The notes beneath the pieces are model-generated. The model saw only the letters and a list, made by a program, of their open reading frames with translations. It searched no databases and had not been told where the DNA came from. From Chloroflexota bacterium (GTDB taxonomy: Bacteria > Chloroflexota > Limnocylindria > Limnocylindrales > CSP1-4): DNA of 64,000 nt. How positions within the stretch are numbered: the first letter of the stretch is position 1; the number at the start of each line of letters is the position of its first letter. This document shows, in pieces, positions 8,989 through 17,518 of the stretch. The DNA is taken from positions 17,468-81,467 of the forward strand of contig JBJOLT010000042.1 of the NCBI GenBank assembly GCA_046045415.1. The letters are read 5' to 3'. Made by a program: the position numbers and the translations under genes.

Positions 8989-10542
8989 CACCCGCCCGAG
9001 CGCCGCACGGAAGTCGGTCCCGCCCACCCCGGCCCACGCCCCGCCGATCCCGGCCCGCAGCCGCTCGACCTCGCGCTCCCGGCTCGCCACGTACCGGCCG
9101 ATCGCGATCGCCGCCCCTTCGTCGAGGCCGTCGGCCCGCTCGCCGGCGAAGCGACGCGCGAGTTCGCCCGCGACGACGGCGTCGTTCAGCTCGCCGAGAT
9201 GGTCCTGGAGGACGACGAGCCGGGCGACGAGCTCGTCCGCCTCCGCCGGAAGGACCTCGCGGAGGAACTCGATCGTGTAGCGGAGTCGCTTCGCCGCGAT
9301 CCGCAGGTCGTGGAGCGTCTCGTCGTCGGCGGCGCCGAGGAGCGGCTCGAAGGCGCGGACCCCCTCGTACGCCGACCAGAGCGCCGATGCGGCCGTCTCG
9401 CGGATCCGCGACGGCGTCCCGGGTACGGGCCGGACGCTCGCCGCGCCGTCGGTCGTCACGAACGCGCGGAACTCGTCGAGCCAGCGACGGTGCTCCTCGG
9501 CGTCGAGCTCGCGGACGAGGTCGAGCCGCGCCTGCCAGCGCTCGTGACGGAGCTCCTCGACGAACGGCTCCAGCCCGATCCGTTCCGCCGGCGGGAGCGG
9601 CTCGAGATGGCGCTCCAGCCCCGCGAGGAGGACGTCGCGGTCCCGTACCGCGCCGAGGAGGTCGCCGAGCGTCTTCAGCCGCTTCCGGAGCGTGCGGGTC
9701 CGCCCGTCGCGCCACCCGGCCTCGAAGACGCGCCACGCCGCGCGGAGCCGCCGCGTCGCGACCCGCATCGCCTTCAGCTCGCCGGGATCCTCGCCGAGCC
9801 GGGTCCCCGCCTCCCGCGCGACGAGCCGGTCAAGCTGGATCCGGAGCACCTTCCGGCCCGCCTCGGCGACGGTGTCGTCCGGTCGGATCCCCGGCCGCCG
9901 CGGTGGGACCGCCCCGGTCGCCTCCAGCGTCCGCTCCATCTTCGAGCGGACCGCGTGGACGAGCCCCGGCGCCGCGTCGAGGATCGCCGCGAGCTCGGCG
10001 AGCCGCCCCTCCGATCCGTCGCGGAGCTCGGCCTCGAGCTCGACGAAGCGGAGGACCGTCCGGCCGCCGGCGAGGACCTCGACCTCGTCCACCGTCGCCT
10101 CGACCCGGGCATCGTCCGCGACCAGCTCGTACGGGGTCCGGCGTTGCCGGGCGGCGCCGAGGACGACGAGCGGCGCCTCGCCGACGAGCTCGACGAGGAT
10201 CGCCCGCGGGCCGGACGGCGGCCACTCCCCGGGGAGGAGCGACGGACCGGCCGGCGCCTCGTGCTCGATCCGGCGGTGCTCCGCGCCGTCCCGCGTCGCG
10301 ACCGACTTCAGCGTGAGGAGCGTCGCCCCATCGCGCTCGCGGAGACGGGCGACCCAGCCGCCGGCGAGGAGCCGCCGGTCGGCGGTGTCGACGTAGCGGT
10401 CGTGCGTCTCGTACGGGGTCCCCGCGGGGCCGACGGCGAAGGGACCGAGCCTCCCTGCCGCGAGCGGCGCGGCCGCCGTCGCCGCGTCCGGGGCCTCGTA
10501 CTTCAGCTCGATCTCGACCGGCCGTCCCTCCGCGTCGATCAC
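8974..10542 (-). CDS. CYTH-CHAD two-domain protein (triphosphate tunnel metalloenzyme-like plus polyphosphate-granule-associated CHAD domain)
   Basis: GTG 10542 overlaps the ppk stop (GTGA); it is the C-terminal part of ORF 8974..12609. N-terminal VEIELKYE is the CYTH ExExK motif. The C-terminal half is helical and Arg-rich, CHAD-like (MRVATRRLRAAWRVF, LRIAAKRLRYTIEF). Confidence 0.8.
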   Translation of the reverse strand: MIDAEGRPVEIELKYEAPDAATAAAPLAAGRLGPFAVGPAGTPYETHDRYVDTADRRLLAGGWVARLRERDGATLLTLKSVATRDGAEHRRIEHEAPAGPSLLPGEWPPSGPRAILVELVGEAPLVVLGAARQRRTPYELVADDARVEATVDEVEVLAGGRTVLRFVELEAELRDGSEGRLAELAAILDAAPGLVHAVRSKMERTLEATGAVPPRRPGIRPDDTVAEAGRKVLRIQLDRLVAREAGTRLGEDPGELKAMRVATRRLRAAWRVFEAGWRDGRTRTLRKRLKTLGDLLGAVRDRDVLLAGLERHLEPLPPAERIGLEPFVEELRHERWQARLDLVRELDAEEHRRWLDEFRAFVTTDGAASVRPVPGTPSRIRETAASALWSAYEGVRAFEPLLGAADDETLHDLRIAAKRLRYTIEFLREVLPAEADELVARLVVLQDHLGELNDAVVAGELARRFAGERADGLDEGAAIAIGRYVASREREVERLRAGIGGAWAGVGGTDFRAALGRVTGAI

Positions 10543-12701
10543 GCGCGGGGGTCCATCGACCCCGCCCCGGCGCCCGGCCGGTGCGGGGCCGACGAGGCGT
10601 CCTCTCCTTCGAGCGCGGCGTCCTTCAGGGCGGCGAACGTGTCGACGAGGCCGGCGCGGGCGTCGAGCTCCTCGGTCCGCCGCCAGCGGCCGTCCGAACC
10701 GAGCTGCCACGAGCGGCGGTCGTCGGCGAGCATCGTCTCGACGATCTCGGCGAGCCGACCCTGGGCCGCCGAGTCCTCGATCGGGGTGACCGCCTCGACC
10801 CGTCGGTCGAGGTTCCGGTCCATCAGGTCGGCGGAGCCGATGTACCACTCCCGGTTCCCGCCGTTGAGGAAGCCGAGGATCCGCGAGTGCTCGAGGAACT
10901 CGCCGACGACCGAGCGGACCCTGATCGTCTCGCTCAGCCCCTCGACCCCGGGGACGAGCGAGCAGATCCCCCGGACGATCAGGTCGACCCGGACGCCGGC
11001 CTGGCTCGCCCGGTAGAGGGCCTCGATCGTCGGGACGTCGACGATCGCGTTCACCTTCAGGACGACGTGCGCCGGACGGCCGGCCTGCGCATGGCCGATC
11101 TCCCGCTCGATCAGCTCGAGGATCCGCGAGCGGAGGCTGTGCGGCGCGACGAGGAGGCGCCGGAAGGTCCGCTGTCGCGAGAGCCCCGTGAGGACGTTGA
11201 AGAGGTCGGTGACGTCCGCGCCGAGCTCGGGGCGGCAGCTGAGGAGGCCGAGGTCGACGTAGAGGTTCGCCGTCTTCGGGTTGTAGTTCCCGGTCCCGAT
11301 GTGGACGTAGCGACGGAGCGTGCTCCCCTCGCGCCGGACGACGAGGCAGACCTTCGAGTGGGTCTTGAGGCCCACGAGCCCGTAGACCACGTGGGCGCCG
11401 GCCTGCTCCAGCTTCCGCGCCCAGACGATGTTCGCCTCCTCGTCGAAGCGGGCCTTGATCTCGACGAGGACGACGACCTGCTTCCCCCGCTCCGCCGCCC
11501 GGATCAGGTTCCGGACGATCGGCGAGTCGCCCGAGGTCCGGTAGAGCGTCTGCTTGATGGAGAGGACGTCGGGGTCGTCGGCCGCCTGCTCGATGAAGCG
11601 CTCGACGGAGGCGACGAAGCTCTCGTACGGGTGGTGGACGAGGATGTCGCCCGCCCGGATCGCGGCGAAGACGTCGGCCGGCTCGTCCTCGTCGGGCGGC
11701 ACGAGGCGCGGCGGGACGACCGGGGTCCAGGCGGGGTCGCGGAGCTCCGGGATGTCGAGCTCGGCGATCGCGGCGAGCCCGGTGAGGTCGAGCATCCCGG
11801 CGATCTCGTAGCACGCCTCCGGCTCCAGCCCGATCCCCCGGAGGAGGAGCGCGCGGGTCGCCTCCGGCATCGAGCGCTCCACCTCGATCCGGACGGCGTC
11901 GCCGAAGCGCCGTCGCCGGAGCTCCTCCTCGATCGCGAGGAGGAGGTCGTCCGCCTCGTCCTCCTCGATCGCGAGGTCCGCGTCGCGCGTGACGCGGAAG
12001 CAGTGGGTGTCGACGATCTCCATCCCGCTGAAGAGGAGATCGAGGTTCGCCTCGATCACCTGGTCGACGAGGACGTACGTCCGGGGCTCCACCTCGAGGA
12101 GGCGGGGGAGGAGCGGCGGGACCTTCACCCGCGCGAAGCGGCGCTCGTTCGTCTCCGGGTCGCGGAGCCCGACGGCGATCGAGAGGCTGAGCGTGCTGAT
12201 GTACGGGAACGGGTGGCCCGGATCGACGGCGAGCGGCGTGAGGACCGGGAAGATCTCGTCCGTGAAGCGGCGGCGAAGCTCCTCGTGGTGCTCGGTCAGA
12301 TCGCCGTAGTCGACGAAGCGGATCCCGGCGGCCGCGAGCTCGCCGCGGATCCCGGCGAAGATCGCCGACTGCTCCTCGATCAGCTCGCGGACCCGCGGCC
12401 TGATCGCGGCGAGCTGCTCCTGGGCGTTCCGACCGTCCGGCGAGACCTGCACCTTCCGGGCGGTCGCCTGCTTGCGGAGACCGGAGATCCGGACCTGGAA
12501 GAACTCGTCGAGGTTGCTCGAGAAGATCGAGAGGAACTTCACGCGCTCGAGGAGCGGGTTCCGCCCGTCGCGGGCCTCGTGGAGGACGCGCGCGTTGAAG
12601 TCGAGCCACGAGAGCTCGCGGTTCAGGTACGGGAGCCGCTCCGGCACGCGCTTCGCGCGCCTCGCGGTCCTCGTCGCGGCGGTCGACCTCACGGCGGTCA
12701 C
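10539..12701 (-). CDS. ppk: polyphosphate kinase 1
   Basis: 720 aa. YLNRELSWLDFNARVL, FLSIFSSNLDEFFQVR and the HSKVCLVVR phospholipase-D-like repeats are typical of PPK1. Confidence 0.93.
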   Translation of the reverse strand: MTAVRSTAATRTARRAKRVPERLPYLNRELSWLDFNARVLHEARDGRNPLLERVKFLSIFSSNLDEFFQVRISGLRKQATARKVQVSPDGRNAQEQLAAIRPRVRELIEEQSAIFAGIRGELAAAGIRFVDYGDLTEHHEELRRRFTDEIFPVLTPLAVDPGHPFPYISTLSLSIAVGLRDPETNERRFARVKVPPLLPRLLEVEPRTYVLVDQVIEANLDLLFSGMEIVDTHCFRVTRDADLAIEEDEADDLLLAIEEELRRRRFGDAVRIEVERSMPEATRALLLRGIGLEPEACYEIAGMLDLTGLAAIAELDIPELRDPAWTPVVPPRLVPPDEDEPADVFAAIRAGDILVHHPYESFVASVERFIEQAADDPDVLSIKQTLYRTSGDSPIVRNLIRAAERGKQVVVLVEIKARFDEEANIVWARKLEQAGAHVVYGLVGLKTHSKVCLVVRREGSTLRRYVHIGTGNYNPKTANLYVDLGLLSCRPELGADVTDLFNVLTGLSRQRTFRRLLVAPHSLRSRILELIEREIGHAQAGRPAHVVLKVNAIVDVPTIEALYRASQAGVRVDLIVRGICSLVPGVEGLSETIRVRSVVGEFLEHSRILGFLNGGNREWYIGSADLMDRNLDRRVEAVTPIEDSAAQGRLAEIVETMLADDRRSWQLGSDGRWRRTEELDARAGLVDTFAALKDAALEGEDASSAPHRPGAGAGSMDPRA

Positions 12702-12797
12702 GGGTGACGGGGCTCCTCGACAGGACGTCGCGTCCCGGGCGCGACGGGCGGCGACGATAGCACGGACGTGCAGCGGCGCCCTCTGGCGCGAAGGTAC

Positions 12798-12834
12798 CGC
12801 CCGCTCAGGACCCGCGCCCGCTCAGGACCCGCGC
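12798..12834. repeat. perfect 17-nt tandem duplication (2.2 copies) spanning the stop codon of the DUF971 gene
   Basis: CGCCCGCTCAGGACCCG occurs at 12798-12814 and 12815-12831, followed by CGC. The functional stop (TCA on +, 12822-12824) lies in copy 2. Confidence 0.9.
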
Positions 12835-13172
12835 GCCGCCGTGCACGCCGGGCAGGGACACCGTTCGCGGAGGAGGGCGAACGTGTAGAAGCCGGTCGCG
12901 TGGCCGTCGCCCCACGTCGGGGCGACGGCGTAGCTCCCGACGAGCGCGAGGTCCGTGAGCGTCGTCTGCGCCTCGCTCAGGGTCGGGGCCGAGTCGAGCC
13001 AGCCCGGGAGCCCCGCCTCGCCCCGGCAGTAGGCGCACGGGCAGAGCCAGCGGAGCGCGGTGAAGTCGTAGGCCGAGCGGTGGCCGTCGGCCCAGTCGAT
13101 CTCCAGCGTGCGTATCGCGCGCTCGACGCGGAAGGCGACCGGAGCGGGCCGGCCGGGTGCGGGGGTCGTCAT
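12822..13172 (-). CDS. DUF971 family zinc-binding protein
   Basis: Last 116 aa of ORF 12822..13781, starting at ATG 13172. LEIDWADGHRSAYDFTALRWLCPCAYC and GDGHATGFYTF match the DUF971 (gamma-butyrobetaine hydroxylase N-terminal-like) pattern. Confidence 0.7.
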   Translation of the reverse strand: MTTPAPGRPAPVAFRVERAIRTLEIDWADGHRSAYDFTALRWLCPCAYCRGEAGLPGWLDSAPTLSEAQTTLTDLALVGSYAVAPTWGDGHATGFYTFALLRERCPCPACTAARGS

Positions 13173-13230
13173 CACCCGATCGTAGCCGCCCCGCGCCATC
13201 CCCGCGGCGGCCGGGTCGGGGAAGATAGGG

Positions 13231-15819
13231 GTGATGACCGGCCACCTCCTCCCGCGCGGCGCCACCGCCGACGGATCGATCGCCAGCCGCGCGCACACCC
13301 TCCCGGCGTTCGACGTCGCGGCGGAGCTCGACGTCGACCCGGCGACGGGGCTCCAGGGGCCGCAGGTCGCCCGGCGCGCGGCCGAGTCCGGTCCGAACGC
13401 GCTCGAGCGGGCGGAGCGGACCTCCCTCCCGCGACTGATCGGCGAGGCGGCGACCGAGCCGTTCGTCCTCCTCCTCGCGGCGGCGGGGCTCCTCGCCGTG
13501 CTCGTCGGCGAGGTCCGCGACGGGCTCCTCGTCCTCGCGGGCCTCATCCCGATCGTCGGCGCCGACGTGATCACGGAATACCGCGGCGAGCGGGCGCTCG
13601 AGGCGCTCCGCGACGCGTCGGCGCCCGTCGCGCTCGTGCGGCGCGACGGGATCGTCGGGACCGTCCGGGCGGAGACGCTCGTCCCCGGCGACGTCGTCCT
13701 CCTCTCCACCGGGAGCGTCGTGCCGGCCGATCTCCGCCTCACGAGCGTCGACCGGATGCTCGTCGACCGGGCGGTCCTCACCGGCGAGTCCGTCCCGGAG
13801 CCCCCGTCGGTGGACCCCGACGCGGACGGGGCGCCGATCGCGCTCCGCCGGAGCGTCGCCTACGCCGGGACGAGCGTCGTCGGCGGACGTGGCGAGGGGG
13901 TCGTCGTCGCGATCGGCCGGGCGACCGAGCTGGGGCGGATCGCCGGCGGGCTGACCGACCGCCGCCGGCGCCGGTCGCCCCTCCAGCGCGAGCTGGACCG
14001 GCTCGTCCGGATCCTCCTCGTCGTCGCGGTCGCGCTCATCGCGGTCACGAGCGGTGCCGGCTTCATCCGCGGGAACGAGCTCGGGGCGAACGTCCTCGCC
14101 GGCATCTCCGCCGCGATCGCCGCGATCCCCGAGGAGCCGCCGATCCTCCTCGCGGTCATCCTCGGGCTCGGCGCGTACCGGCTCCTCCGCCGCGGCGTCC
14201 TCGTCCGGCGGCTGAACGCCGAGGAGACGCTCGGCGCCGTCGACCTGATCCTCACCGACAAGACCGGGACGCTGACGCGGAACCGACTCGAGGTCAGCTC
14301 GCTCCGGACCCTCGCGGGGAGCGTCGAGGCGCCGGACCGCCGGCGCGACCTGCTCCTCGCCGCGCTCCGCGCGGAGGAGGACGCGTGGCCGCGGGAGGGG
14401 GTCTCGCCCGGCTCGTTCACCCGCGCGCTCATCTTGGCGGTCGAGGCGGCCGGCGGCTCGGCGCGGCTCGATCCGGGCGAGCTCGTCGACGCGACCCCGG
14501 CCTCCGACCGGCTCCCCGTCTCGATGACCCGGAGCCTCCGCGGCGGCGAGGTCGTGACGGAGGCGCTCGGCGCGCCGGAGGCCGTCCTCGGGCTCGTCCT
14601 CCAGGCCGGGGCCGCGGCGACGGACGACGAGCGGCGGGAGCGGGAGGGATGGCTCGCGCTCGTCGATGCCGCCGCCGCCGACGGGGAGCGGCTCGTCGCG
14701 CTCGCCGCCCGGCTCGGGGAGGAGCCGTGGGAGATGCTCGCGGTCGTCGGGTTCGCGGACCCGATCCGCGACGGGATCGGCGAGGCGATGGCGACCGCCG
14801 CGCGCGCCGGCATCCAGACGATCGTCGTCACGGGCGACCACCCGCGTACCGCACTCGCGATCGCCCGCGCCGCCGGCCTCCGCGCCGAGCGGGCGATCAC
14901 CGGGGAGGAGCTCGCGGGCTGGAGCGACGAACGGCTCGCGGCGGAACTCCCCGGGCTCCACGTCGTCGCGCGCTCGACGCCGGACCAGAAGGAGCGGCTC
15001 GTCCGCGTCGCCCGTGCCGCCGGCCGGACGGTCGCGGTGACCGGCGACGGGGTGAACGACGCGCCGGCGCTCCACGGCGCCGATGTCGCCGTCGCGATGG
15101 GGAGCGGCACGGCGGTCGCGCGCGAGGCGTCGGACCTCGTCCTCGGCGACGACTCCTTCTCGACGCTCATGTACGGCCTGATCGAGGGGCGCCGGATCGT
15201 CGACAACGTCCTGAAGGGCCTCGTCTTCCTCGTCTCGACCCACGTCGCGTTCCTCGGCTTCATCCTCGTCTCGACGCTCGCCGTCGGGGACGAGCAGGTC
15301 CTCCTCCCGCTCCAGATCCTCTGGATGGAGCTCTTCATCGACCTCTCCACCTCCGTCGCCTTCGAGCGCGAGGGACCGGAGCCGAACCTCGCCGACCGCC
15401 GCCCCCGCCGGCCGGACCTCCCGCTCCTCACGTCGGGGCTCCTCGTGAGGATCGCGGGCGCCGGCTCCTTCACCGCGCTCGCCGCCCTCGCGGTGCTCCT
15501 CGCCGACGACGGCGGCTTCGTCCACGCGAGCTGGCTCGCCTACACGACGCTCGTCGTCTCGCAGGCGGTCCGCGCGTTCGCCAACCGGAGCCTGACGACC
15601 CCGGTCCGCCGGCTCCGCCGGAACGGGTTCCTCCTCGTCGCGATCGGCGTCGTCCTCGCGATCCAGGTGGCGATCCCGTACATCGGGCCGCTCGCCGACG
15701 CGTTCCGGGCGACGCCGCTCGACGGCGACGACTGGCTCCTCGTCGCGGCGATCGCGCTCGCCCCCCTCGGCCTCGCGGAGCTCGTCCGGTCCCGGACCGG
15801 GCGCGCCTGGGTCGCCTGA
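13231..15819 (+). CDS. cation-transporting P-type ATPase (type II-like)
   Basis: 862 aa. LTGESVPE is the TGES actuator motif and LTDKTGTLT the phosphorylation site; also VTGDHPRTA and the VTGDGVNDAPAL hinge. Multiple TM helices at both ends. Confidence 0.88.
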   Translation: MMTGHLLPRGATADGSIASRAHTLPAFDVAAELDVDPATGLQGPQVARRAAESGPNALERAERTSLPRLIGEAATEPFVLLLAAAGLLAVLVGEVRDGLLVLAGLIPIVGADVITEYRGERALEALRDASAPVALVRRDGIVGTVRAETLVPGDVVLLSTGSVVPADLRLTSVDRMLVDRAVLTGESVPEPPSVDPDADGAPIALRRSVAYAGTSVVGGRGEGVVVAIGRATELGRIAGGLTDRRRRRSPLQRELDRLVRILLVVAVALIAVTSGAGFIRGNELGANVLAGISAAIAAIPEEPPILLAVILGLGAYRLLRRGVLVRRLNAEETLGAVDLILTDKTGTLTRNRLEVSSLRTLAGSVEAPDRRRDLLLAALRAEEDAWPREGVSPGSFTRALILAVEAAGGSARLDPGELVDATPASDRLPVSMTRSLRGGEVVTEALGAPEAVLGLVLQAGAAATDDERREREGWLALVDAAAADGERLVALAARLGEEPWEMLAVVGFADPIRDGIGEAMATAARAGIQTIVVTGDHPRTALAIARAAGLRAERAITGEELAGWSDERLAAELPGLHVVARSTPDQKERLVRVARAAGRTVAVTGDGVNDAPALHGADVAVAMGSGTAVAREASDLVLGDDSFSTLMYGLIEGRRIVDNVLKGLVFLVSTHVAFLGFILVSTLAVGDEQVLLPLQILWMELFIDLSTSVAFEREGPEPNLADRRPRRPDLPLLTSGLLVRIAGAGSFTALAALAVLLADDGGFVHASWLAYTTLVVSQAVRAFANRSLTTPVRRLRRNGFLLVAIGVVLAIQVAIPYIGPLADAFRATPLDGDDWLLVAAIALAPLGLAELVRSRTGRAWVA

Positions 15820-15827
15820 GGCCCGCC

Positions 15828-17501
15828 GTGTCGCGCCGCGTCCGCCTCCGCCCCTGGCAGCACGAGGCACTCGGGCGCTTCGCCGCCTCCTCCCGGCGCG
15901 ACTTCCTCGCCGTCGCGACGCCGGGCGCCGGCAAGACGACGTTCGCGCTCGCCGTCCTCCGGACGCTCCTCGGGGAGCGGCCGGCGCGGGTCGTCGTCGT
16001 CGCCCCGACCGCCCACCTGAAGCTCCAGTGGTCCTCGGCGGCCGCCGGACTCGGCCTCCACCTCGACCCGGCCTGGTCGCCCGGCGACGGGCCGCCGCCC
16101 ACCGACATGCACGGCGTCGTCACGACCTACCAGCAGGTCGCGCTGAGCGCCCCGGCGATCGCCCCGTACGCGCGGGACGCGTACGTCGTGCTCGACGAGG
16201 TCCACCATGCCGGGGACGAGCAGGCGTGGGGCGCGTCGCTCCGCGCCGCCTTCGACGGGTCGGCGCGGCGGCTCGCCCTCTCCGGGACGCCGTTCCGGAG
16301 CGACACGCGGGCGATCCCGTACGTGCGCTACGAGGGCGACGAGGCGGCCCCCGACTACGAGTACGGCTACGGCGACGCGCTCCGCGAGGGCCGGGTCGTC
16401 CGGCCCGTCTACTTCCCGCGGATCGGCGGCGCGATGGAATGGTCGGCGCCAGACGGGAACGTCCACGCGGCCACATTCGACGACCCGCTCGCGACCGAAC
16501 TCGCCAACCAGCGGCTCCGGACGGCCCTCTCCCTCGACGGGGAGCTCCTCCCGACGCTCGTCGGCGAGGCGGTCGGACGGCTCCGCGACGTCCGGCGGCT
16601 CCACCCCGATGCGGCCGGGCTCGCGATCGCGATCGACCAGGAGCATGCGCGCGGCCTCGCGGAGCTGCTCCGCCGCCGGGGCGTCGACCCGGTCGTCGCA
16701 CTCTCGGACGACCCGGACGCGTCGCGCCGGATCGCCGCGTTCGGCCGGGGGAGCGGCGAGTGGCTCGTCGCCGTCCGGATGGTCTCCGAGGGGGTCGACA
16801 TCCCGCGGCTCCGGGTCGGGATCTTCGCGACGACGACGACGACCGACCTCTTCTTCCGCCAGGCGGTGGGCCGCTTCGTCCGCTGGGTCCCCGGGATCCG
16901 CGACCAGCGGGCGTGGCTCTACCTTCCGGACGACCCGAGGCTCCGTCTCCGCGCCGCGACGATCGCGGAGCAGCGGCGTCACTCGCTCCGGCGCGACCGG
17001 GACGGCGACGCCGACGCCCCGCCGCCGGTCCGGCCGGTGGACGACGGGGAGCAGCTCTCCCTCTTCGCGGCGCTCTCCGCGACCCCGACCGGCGAGGTCG
17101 GCGGGGCGGCGCCGTGGCACGAGCCGCTCCCCGACGACTGGCTCGACGGGAGCGCCGGGGCGGCGGGAGCCATCGAGGTCGACCTCGCGCCGCCGCCACC
17201 GACCGGGGCCTTCGCCGGCACGGGCGTGGGCGATCACGGGGCGGACGGCGGAGGTGCCGGTGGCGGGGCGTCGGGTCCCGGGCTCGGCGGCCGCTCGCTC
17301 GCGCAGGTCCGCGCGCACCTCCGGACGGTGAACGCCGACCTCGCGCGCGACCTCGTCCGGGTCACCGGCATGACGTACGCCCAGGTCAATCTCGAGCTGA
17401 ACCGGAAGGCGGGCATCGGCCGGATCGACGACGCGACGGTGGATCAGCTGAGCGAGCGGCTCGTCGCGGCGCAGCGGTGGCGGGAGCGGCTCGTCCGCTG
17501 A
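15828..17501 (+). CDS. superfamily 2 DExH-box helicase (type III restriction Res-like core) with Gly-rich linker and C-terminal tail
   Basis: GTG 15828 in frame within ORF 12768..17501. Motif I ATPGAGKTT, motif II VLDEVHH, motif III LSGTPFRSD, motif V SEGVDIPR, motif VI QAVGRFVR. Confidence 0.8.
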   Translation: MSRRVRLRPWQHEALGRFAASSRRDFLAVATPGAGKTTFALAVLRTLLGERPARVVVVAPTAHLKLQWSSAAAGLGLHLDPAWSPGDGPPPTDMHGVVTTYQQVALSAPAIAPYARDAYVVLDEVHHAGDEQAWGASLRAAFDGSARRLALSGTPFRSDTRAIPYVRYEGDEAAPDYEYGYGDALREGRVVRPVYFPRIGGAMEWSAPDGNVHAATFDDPLATELANQRLRTALSLDGELLPTLVGEAVGRLRDVRRLHPDAAGLAIAIDQEHARGLAELLRRRGVDPVVALSDDPDASRRIAAFGRGSGEWLVAVRMVSEGVDIPRLRVGIFATTTTTDLFFRQAVGRFVRWVPGIRDQRAWLYLPDDPRLRLRAATIAEQRRHSLRRDRDGDADAPPPVRPVDDGEQLSLFAALSATPTGEVGGAAPWHEPLPDDWLDGSAGAAGAIEVDLAPPPPTGAFAGTGVGDHGADGGGAGGGASGPGLGGRSLAQVRAHLRTVNADLARDLVRVTGMTYAQVNLELNRKAGIGRIDDATVDQLSERLVAAQRWRERLVR

Positions 17502-17518
17502 CCGGCCCGCGCCGGGCG

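Noticed and set aside
12768-15827. The first roughly 1000 codons of the 1577-aa ORF 12768..17501, with similar giant ORFs at 12805..15870 (-), 17631..20849 (-), 18419..20875 (+), 8974..12609 upstream of 10542, 7145..9736 upstream of 7498, 48413..51499 (-) and 51962..53131 (-).
   Set aside because: Their translations are monotonous Arg/Pro/Gly/Ala/Asp strings without motifs. They overlap genes on another frame or strand that have clear family signatures. Stop-codon depletion in very GC-rich DNA explains them.
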